Origin: an uncultured Clostridia bacterium
Lineage (GTDB): Bacteria > Bacillota > Clostridia > TANB77 > CAG-508
Assembly (NCBI GenBank): GCA_947629105.1
Contig: CANRCJ010000005.1
Span: 1 to 30,380, forward strand
Length of the DNA: 30,380 bases
Direction of reading: 5' to 3'
Part shown: one piece after another, positions 18,798 through 25,868 of the stretch
Layout of the letters: each line of letters begins with the position of its first letter
How positions within the stretch are numbered: the stretch's first letter is position 1
Notes under the pieces: generated by a model
Told to the model about the DNA's origin: nothing
The model's input: only the letters and a program-made list of their open reading frames with translations
Databases searched by the model: none
Made by a program: the position numbers and the translations under genes

Positions 18798-20027
18798 TAT
18801 ATTAATTATTGTTGTAATTCTTGTAGTTTTTACTATAAATACTCGTTATGCGAAACAAGACTTAAACGACATGGCTTATGCTGTAGCTCTTCGGTATTGA
18901 TGTACGGAGAAAATAGTGATTTGAAAATTAGTTTTCAGCTGTCTATTCCTTCTGCGAATGGCTCTTCTGGTTCATCTTCAGGTGGCGATTCTTCTTCTGA
19001 TTCATCAGATACTGTAATTGACACAATAGAATGTACATCTGTTGAATCAGGTATAAGCCTTGCAAATGGATACGTTAGCAAAAAGATAAATCTTGCTCAC
19101 TGTAAAGTGCTAGTAATTTCAGAAGAAGTCGCAGCACGTCGGCATTTCTGATATTATATATACTTTAGTTAATGATGTTGAACTAAGACCTGATTGCAAT
19201 ATCTTAATTTCTAGATGTGACGCTTATGATTTTTTATCTAATTCAAAGTCAAAACTTGAGAGTATAACTGCAAAATATTATGAGATAATTGCAAATTCAA
19301 GCCGTTATACAGGCTATACATCAGATATTACCGTCGAGGATGTCTTTAACAGACTTACAGACACTTTCCGGTGAAGCATCAGCAACTTTACGGTTCTATT
19401 ACGTCTTCTGGTAATGCTGATTCAACCTCCGAGGCAGATACTGACACAATAGCTGGAGAAACAACTTCTAATTCTGGAGGTAGCGGTGAATCATCTTCAG
19501 ATATTGATGTTGTTGGACTTGCTGTTTTTAAAGGTGACATACTGGTTGGAGAATTGACTGCTACAGAAACTATATGCCATTTGATTGTTACAAATGACTT
19601 AGAAGAATGTATTTTTTCTATCCCAAGTCCTTTTGATGAAGATAATTCGATTGATCTATATGTAACAATGAATGACAAAACTAAAAATAATGTTGAATTT
19701 GTGAATGGTGCGCCTTTTATTACATCTGATGTAAAACTTAATGCAAGGATACTATCAGCAGGAAAAAATACAAATTATTTTACTGACGATAATCTTAAAC
19801 TAATAAAAAGTTATGCAAATTCTTATGTTAAAAATGAATTAGAAAAATATTTCTATAAAACTTCTAAAGATTATGAGGCAGATATAGCATTAATGGGAAA
19901 ACATGCAGTAAGACACTTTACTACATGGGATGAATGGGTAAATTATGACTGGTTAGATAATTACACTAATGCTTTCTTTAATGTAAATGTAGATGTTAAT
20001 ATAGTCTCTAGTTATTTAATTTCGTAA
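18781..20027 (+). CDS. spore germination protein, Ger(x)C family (C subunit); needs five +1 shifts
   Basis: TTG 18781 overlaps the gerB-type stop. The joined reading is MKKHLNILIIVVILVVF...AYAVAL|GIDV|GENSDLKISFQLSIP...EEVAAR|GISDIIYTLVNDVELRPD...LTDTF|GEASATL|GSITSSG...VVGLAVFKGDILVGELT. Operon position and the ...ALGID / RPD / AVFKGDKLVG-like motifs fit GerC. Confidence 0.75.
18892..18895 (+). other. in-frame CGGT +1 recoding site
   Basis: 0-frame reads AVAL-R-Y-stop. The shift gives AVAL|GIDV. Confidence 0.75.
18905..18908 (+). other. in-frame CGGA +1 recoding site
   Basis: GTA-C-GGA-GAA-AAT reads IDV|GENSDLKISFQL and enters the frame of ORF 18897..19151. Confidence 0.75.
19140..19143 (+). 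other. in-frame CGGC +1 recoding site
   Basis: 0-frame reads VAAR-R-HF-stop. The shift gives VAAR|GISDIIYTLVNDVELRPD and opens a 76-codon stop-free stretch. Confidence 0.75.
19369..19372 (+). other. in-frame CGGT +1 recoding site
   Basis: TTC-CGG-TGA in the current frame. The shift gives TDTF|GEASATL. Confidence 0.7.
19391..19394 (+). other. in-frame CGGT +1 recoding site
   Basis: TTA-C-GGT-TCT-ATT reads ATL|GSITSSG and enters the frame of ORF 19371..20027. Confidence 0.7.
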
Positions 20028-20045
20028 AATTTGGAGGTATAGTGC

Positions 20046-20211
20046 ATGATTATCATTGTATTAATTTTAAGTTTTTATGCATTTATTAAAACTGTTGGCT
20101 ATGCAATTTATGAATACCAAGATAATTCTAATAAAATTGCTGCTGTTGTTATTACAATTCTAGCATTGGTTTCCCTTATTCGGTCCAACAGTTATTACAA
20201 TTATTAGATAA
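20046..20211 (+). CDS. small hydrophobic protein (about 54 aa) downstream of the ger operon; possible +1 shift at CGG 20181
   Basis: GGAGG RBS 8 nt upstream of ATG 20046. MIIIVLILSFYAFIKTVGYAIY... The shifted C-terminus LI|GPTVITIIR is hydrophobic, while the unshifted one is LIRSNSYYNY. No homology evidence. Confidence 0.35.
20181..20184 (+). other. possible in-frame CGGT +1 recoding site
   Basis: ATT-CGG-TCC in the small ORF. Both readings terminate within 10 codons. Only the hydrophobicity of the shifted tail supports this site. Confidence 0.35.
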
Positions 20212-20230
20212 GTTCAAAGCAAATAGAATA

Positions 20231-20272
20231 AAAAAAGAAGCAATAATAATTTAAATATTATCGCTTCTTTTT
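20231..20272. terminator. AT-rich hairpin between convergent genes (probable bidirectional terminator)
   Basis: 13-bp stem with one mismatch, AAAGAAGCAATAAT (20034+200..; plus-strand coords 20234..20247) / ATTATCGCTTCTTT (20257..20270). It is flanked by an A-run and a T-run. Confidence 0.45.
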
Positions 20273-20274
20273 AT

Positions 20275-22647
20275 CTATTTGTTATCTCTTTTTATATCAT
20301 ATACTATTGCATCTTCATTGTTGAATAAATAACTTCCATCTGTTGTGTCAGATTGAATTGGATTAACATCCTCACTATCATCAAATGCATCAAAGTCAAC
20401 TTTATTTGCTTTAAAGCCAAACTTCTTGTTTGGTTTATCATCTGGAGTGTCATTTAATATTCCAGATTGGAACTTTTCAAAGTTAAATGTCTTAACTTTA
20501 TGTGCTTCTTTATATTTCGAAGGCATAAAATCAAGTTTTGCAACTCCAGTAAAGCTTTTTCCTTTATCATCTTTACATTTAAATGCACAGCTCTTAAATG
20601 TAAGTGCTTGTAATTTACCAAGCTCAAAGTTTTTCTTCCAGCCCCATTTAACGCCTTTTAAGTCTCCATAAGAGACATCTTTTACACTAGAATTTCCAAG
20701 TAAGAATTGGTTTCCTTGTCCTTCTGCTTTCATATTCATATCTTGAGTAAATAGCCACTCTCTCTTGTCTCCAAATTCTTGTGACCAGAATTCATTTTCT
20801 TCTGGTGAAAGGTTACCAAAGACAATTTTTGATGTACAGTTAGAAAGAATTGTTCTTCTTGATGTTGCAACTGCATCTAATTGTTCAAGGTTCTGTGCTG
20901 TCACAATAGTTCCTACTTTATATTTTCTATATAGCGTAAATAGTGGTAATGTTGCTCCTGTTAAAAAGTCTGGGAATTCATCTATATATAACAAATGTGG
21001 TATTCTTGAGTTTTCACTTCCTGGTCTTTTTAAGACTGAACGTTGCATTGAAAGTAAGAAGAATAGTCCAAATGATTTTTGTAGTACTGGTCCAATGTCT
21101 CCTCTTCTTGTACATACCATTGTAACTTCTCCATTTTCAAGTGCTTTATCAAAATTAATATTGTTAGTTCTATTACACAATATATTCTTTAAACCTGGTA
21201 TTCTAAGTAAAGCATCTAGTTGTGTAATTGCAACATGGACATATTTTTCAGTTTCAGGTCTCATTACTGCATCTGTATAAAAATGCTTCTTGAAATATCC
21301 AAGTTGTAATTTATGAAGTTCTGCAAGCTCAGGGTCTTCTTCTAGCTTTTTACACATATCAACAGCTAAGTCAAAGTCATTTAATATATCTAACATATCT
21401 TCAAGATTTGGTAAATCCCCATTATTTAATCTAGGATACATTTCAGCAAGAAGTATTGTTATATTTTCTACTGCTTGAGCTGCCGAATTTTGGAAGAATA
21501 CTTCGTCTTCTGCTGGTCTTGTTGTACTATATGATGTTGCAATAATTGAAGATATAGCCGCTGCAATTTCTCCTGGTGCTCCATAAGAAAATGGATTTAG
21601 TCCAATAGAATTTGGATTATTTGGATCCACAACATTCATCTTAATATTAAAGTTCTTTACAACATCCATCATTCTACTTACTGATTCATAGTCTGGAGAC
21701 ATGAATGTTATTCCTAAATCTTTATATGTTATTTTTGGTCCATCACAATATATTAGCTTATTTAAATATGCCTTATATAGTTTTTCCTTTCCAGATACTG
21801 GTTCTAGCATATTTAATGTAAAGTTCTCATTTATATAATCATTTGTATAAGGGCAATTAATTGTTGCAAGTCCTGTCCTTAATGCTGTAAATCCCATCTC
21901 TTTTGATGCTTCTTTAAAGAAATACTTTTTCTCTATATCACGTGCCATCATTGGCTCTAATAATAAAGCTGTTTTTCCCATTCCAGAAGGTCCACAAACA
22001 AGCATTGGATCTGCTCTTCTGTTATCATATATTTTTACCGTTTTTCCAGTTTCTTTATCAGTTGAAATAACATTTTCGAAGCTATAAGCTCCTGTTTGAG
22101 TTGTTTTCTTAGATAAATCAATTCCTGTATAATCCCAAATTGATTCTTTTATTAATCTTGTATCTGCAACTCCAGCATAGCACCACCAGAAAATTGAGAA
22201 AAATGTTGTAAGTGGAATATATGCTGCAACTGATTGGAATGCTGGCTTTATAAGACTTGTATATTTTGTTACTATTTCAACGTAATTTGGAACCGATAGC
22301 AAAAACATCCATTGTGCTGCATTTATCCATTGTGTAAACATTGAAATTGCAATTATATATAAAGCTATTGCATACATATATACTATAACTAATTTAAATT
22401 TACCAGATGATGCATATTTTGAATTACCAGAAAATAGGAATGCTAAAACTGGACATGCAAGTGCAAGTGTATATGTTATAGGTCCCCAATATGAAACAGA
22501 AATACCTGTAAATATCATAAATAGCATTTCTACAATTCTATCTATTGCTATATAAATAGTTGCTAGAGTAAATATGTATGTAAAAAATGTATTTCTATCT
22601 GTTTTTAATACTTTTAGCAATTTATCAATATATTTCAAATTTTTCAC
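20275..22647 (-). CDS. membrane-anchored type IV coupling-protein-like ATPase (TraG/TraD/VirD4-like)
   Basis: About 190 aa of N-terminal TM helices, then Walker A CGPSGMGKTALLLEP and a Walker B-like HLLYIDEFPDF. GTG start at 22647. No in-frame CGG. Confidence 0.55.
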   Translation of the reverse strand: MKNLKYIDKLLKVLKTDRNTFFTYIFTLATIYIAIDRIVEMLFMIFTGISVSYWGPITYTLALACPVLAFLFSGNSKYASSGKFKLVIVYMYAIALYIIAISMFTQWINAAQWMFLLSVPNYVEIVTKYTSLIKPAFQSVAAYIPLTTFFSIFWWCYAGVADTRLIKESIWDYTGIDLSKKTTQTGAYSFENVISTDKETGKTVKIYDNRRADPMLVCGPSGMGKTALLLEPMMARDIEKKYFFKEASKEMGFTALRTGLATINCPYTNDYINENFTLNMLEPVSGKEKLYKAYLNKLIYCDGPKITYKDLGITFMSPDYESVSRMMDVVKNFNIKMNVVDPNNPNSIGLNPFSYGAPGEIAAAISSIIATSYSTTRPAEDEVFFQNSAAQAVENITILLAEMYPRLNNGDLPNLEDMLDILNDFDLAVDMCKKLEEDPELAELHKLQLGYFKKHFYTDAVMRPETEKYVHVAITQLDALLRIPGLKNILCNRTNNINFDKALENGEVTMVCTRRGDIGPVLQKSFGLFFLLSMQRSVLKRPGSENSRIPHLLYIDEFPDFLTGATLPLFTLYRKYKVGTIVTAQNLEQLDAVATSRRTILSNCTSKIVFGNLSPEENEFWSQEFGDKREWLFTQDMNMKAEGQGNQFLLGNSSVKDVSYGDLKGVKWGWKKNFELGKLQALTFKSCAFKCKDDKGKSFTGVAKLDFMPSKYKEAHKVKTFNFEKFQSGILNDTPDDKPNKKFGFKANKVDFDAFDDSEDVNPIQSDTTDGSYLFNNEDAIVYDIKRDNK

Positions 22648-22741
22648 CGCTTTCTTATCTTGTTTTTTTTATAAAACCATACATATATATTATGACATAA
22701 ATCTACTAAAAAAACAAGTATTTTTATGTAAAACATTTGAT

Positions 22742-23681
22742 TTAATCTAATAATTTGAGTTCTACATCTTCTACCTTATATTTGTTTGTTTCCTCATCTA
22801 ATTTGAACTCAATTAACGTCTTAGTAAGATTTTCTTGTATTTGTCTTAAATCTGTTGTGAAATATAACTTTACATTTGATATTTCTACATTATTTGTAAC
22901 AATTTCTTTAAAGCATTCTGCTGTATGCCTTTCATCTTCACAAACAATTATTAATTGTGGTAAAGTGTTAAATTCAGAATCCATTGGTACAAAATTTTCA
23001 TAGAAATCTTTATACATTTTCATCTTATCAACTAACTTCTTTTTCCAATCTTCTTCTCTTCTTACTACTTCAAATAAGAATGTGATTGACTTAGAATTTT
23101 TAGTAAGTTTGACAGCTCCTCCTGTTGCTTTAAATACCTTTCCAAGAGTTTTTGCATTTAATGTTGGTTTAACTATATATTCATCAAAAGCTTTTACTTT
23201 ATTTAAGTAAGCTATTATTACTTGGTTTCCCGCAAGCCTTTTTTTGATCATTGCAACAGGTTTTATATTGTCTGATTGTTGCCATTTGCATTCTATTCCT
23301 CTTGATGTTAAAAGGTATTTTCCCATTTTTTCTAGACAATATATTCTATATATTCCCTTGCCATCTTCAGATTTAAAGTAATATCTTGTTAATATTTTTG
23401 ATTTAATAAGTTGCTCTAATTTGTTATTAAGCTTATCTTGAGATTTATATTCAATTCCCTTGTAGTCAAGCATTTGACATAGTTGTCTTGATGTAATAAA
23501 TTCAAATTCATTTACAAGCTCAAGTATTGCAAAATGCAAATCATTAATATGTCCTATATTAATTTTATGTACTATCTGATTCATAGAAACATATCCGGTC
23601 TTTTCCATCAAATGTTTTAATTTCTCCTGGTCTTAACGCAAACGGAGATTTTTCTGCTTCAATTTCTTTATCTTCTATCAT
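22742..23681 (-). CDS. replication-relaxation family-like protein (wHTH); N-terminal 28 codons reachable only through a +1 shift at CGG 23595..23597
   Basis: The body of ORF 22742..23611 has a wHTH-like DLHFAILELVNEFEFITSRQLCQML. ATG 23681 has a strong AAGGAGG RBS 7 nt upstream, but it is one frame off the body. The join reads ...IKTFDGKD|GYVSMNQIVHK. Confidence 0.5.
23594..23597 (-). other. in-frame CGGA +1 recoding site
   Basis: From the SD-preceded ATG 23681, GAC-CGG-ATA runs to a stop after 13 more codons. The shift gives GKD|GYVSMNQIVHK and joins the 289-aa body. Confidence 0.55.
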
Positions 23682-23683
23682 TT

Positions 23684-24179
23684 TTAGTCCTCCTTTTCAT
23701 ATATTAACAACTTTACCTTTCTCTTTTCTGGAATTATTTTTTTAATATATACGTTTACATCTTGTCCGTATTTGATATCATCTTTATATTCAGCAAGTCC
23801 TACTAGATTTGGTTTAAGTTCAATAAATATCCCATTTTTATCTTTTTCTGTTTCTCTTGCAATTCCCTTTACCACTGTTCCTTGCTTAAATTCTTTTATA
23901 TTATCTTCCCATGTTCCTAAAAGCTCTTTATATGTAAAAGATATCCTATTTTTTTCTTTATCTATATCTTTTACCATAACATCTATATCTTGACCTATTT
24001 TAAATCTTTCATAAGGTGATTTTATTCTAGATACAGATATATCTTCTATATATAAAAGTCCACTAATTCCGATTATCTATTTCTATAAAGGCTCCATAAG
24101 GCTTTATTTGCTTTACTTTTCCTTTTACTATCATTCCTTTACTTAAGTTACTCTCTTCTATATTAAATTTATTATACAT
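23684..24179 (-). CDS. tandem S1 RNA-binding domain protein; needs a +1 shift at CGG 24069..24071
   Basis: ATG 24179. First S1 domain is GMIVKGKVKQIKPYGAFIEIDN|GISGLLYIEDIS. Second is GTVVKGIARETEKDKNGIFIELKPNLVGLAEY. The stop lies 2 nt from the next start. Confidence 0.8.
24068..24071 (-). other. in-frame CGGA +1 recoding site
   Basis: 0-frame reads IEIDN-R-N-stop. The shift gives GAFIEIDN|GISGLLYIEDIS, the S1 domain core. Confidence 0.85.
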
Positions 24180-24229
24180 AAACTTTTATCCCCTTATCTT
24201 TCGTACGTTTTAATTATACTATTTTTTAA

Positions 24230-24947
24230 TTATTTTTGCAAACTTTTTACCTCATCAGCTGTTAAATATCTCCATTTTCCTATTTCCAGTGATTTTACTG
24301 ATATATTACCTATTTTTGTTCTATGAAGTGCCTTTACCTTTTTTCCAATTGCCTCACACATTTTTCTAACTTCTCTATTTTTTCCTTCATGAATTGTTAT
24401 TTCTAATCTTGATATGTTTTTTTCTCTATCTATCTTTAATATTTTAACTATTGCAGGTTTAGTAATATAATCTTCAATTTCTACTCCATTTTTTAAAGTT
24501 TCTACTTCATCAGTTGTAATTTCACCACCTAGAGTTACAGTATATGTTTTAGTTACCTCATGTTTTGGATGTGTTATTTTATATACAAAGTCTCCATCAT
24601 CTGTAAGTATTAATGCTCCTGAAGTATACATATCAAGCCTTCCGACAAGGTACTATTCTCTTATTGGTTTTAATCAAGTCCAATACGGTTTCTCTATTAA
24701 ACTGGTCTTTCGCAGTTGTTACATAACCTATGGGTTTATTTAATAATATATATACATGATTATTATTCACTTTTACATTTCTATCTTTAAATGTAACTAT
24801 ATCTTTTTCTGGATTTACCTTTGTTCCAAGTTCGAAAACAGTTTCTCCATTTACTTTTACAAGGCCATTTGCTATGTACTCTTCACATTTTCTTCTAGAT
24901 GCTATTCCACACATTGCAAGATATTTTTGAAGTCTAACTTCTTCCAT
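24230..24947 (-). CDS. pseudouridine synthase, RsuA/RluB family (S4 domain plus catalytic domain); needs one +1 shift
   Basis: S4 domain RLQKYLAMCGIASRRKCEEYI. The join is KRIVPC|GRLDMYTSGALILTDDG (catalytic GRLD motif). Confidence 0.85.
24641..24644 (-). other. in-frame CGGA +1 recoding site
   Basis: 0-frame reads IVPC-R-K-A-stop. The shift gives IVPC|GRLDMYTSG. Confidence 0.88.
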
Positions 24948-24949
24948 TT

Positions 24950-25866
24950 TTATAAATTCCTTTCTTCTAAGCTATCAATAACATTTTCAAAATATTCAGG
25001 AAGTTTTGCTTCTATTTTCATTTGTTTTTTAGTAGTTGGATGTATAAATTCTATTGATTTTGCATGAAGCATTTGTCCCTCTACATTAAAAGGATTCTTT
25101 CCATTTGAATATACCATATCTCCAACAACAGGATATCCAATTTCTGCCATATGTACTCTTATTTGATGTGTTCTTCCTGTATCAATCTTTATTTCTAGAA
25201 GTGTAAAACCATCATACCTTTTTAATACCTTAAAATGCGTTATAGCTTTTTTCCCGCTTCCTTGTAACTGCCATTTTCTTTCTGTCTTTATCACTTCTAC
25301 CTATTGGCATATCAATACTTGCCTCATTTTCTTTAACAATACCTCTAACTAGTGCTATATACGTCTTTTTTACTGTTCTATTTTTGATTTGCTCACTAAT
25401 GTCTATATGTGCTCTATCATTTTTAGCAACAATCAAAACACCACTTGTATCCTTATCTAGTCTATGTACAATACCGTGGTCTAATTTCTCCTCCAATCCC
25501 TGATAATGAGCCTTTACATATATTCATTATTGCATTAACTAATGTACCATCAGGATTACCATTTGCTGGATGTACCACCATTCCTTTTGGTTTATTAACA
25601 ACAATTATATCTTCATCTTCATAAAGTATATCTATTGGTATATCCTCTGCTTTAAGGCATGTTTCTTTTGCTTTTGGCTTTTCTATATAGATTCTATCTC
25701 CCTCTTGTACCTTATATGATGCCTTAGACTTTTTCCCATTTACTAGAATATTTCCTTCATCAATTAGCCTTTGAACAGCAACTCTTGATATATCATTATC
25801 AATCATGGTAATACTTTTATCTAATCTTGTCCCACTCAAATTTTTTTCTATTACATAATCACTCAT
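24950..25866 (-). CDS. rluD: RluA-family 23S rRNA pseudouridine synthase (RluD-like); needs two +1 shifts
   Basis: Three fragments join as GIGGEIRP|[19 protein letters not shown]...[10 protein letters not shown]|[11 protein letters not shown]...[12 protein letters not shown]. Confidence 0.88.
25253..25256 (-). other. rluD: in-frame CGGG +1 recoding site
   Basis: 0-frame reads [12 protein letters not shown]-stop. The shift gives VTRK|[11 protein letters not shown]. Confidence 0.85.
25473..25476 (-). other. rluD: in-frame CGGT +1 recoding site
   Basis: 0-frame reads EIRP-R-YCT-stop. The shift gives EIRP|[12 protein letters not shown]. Confidence 0.9.
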
Positions 25867-25868
25867 AT

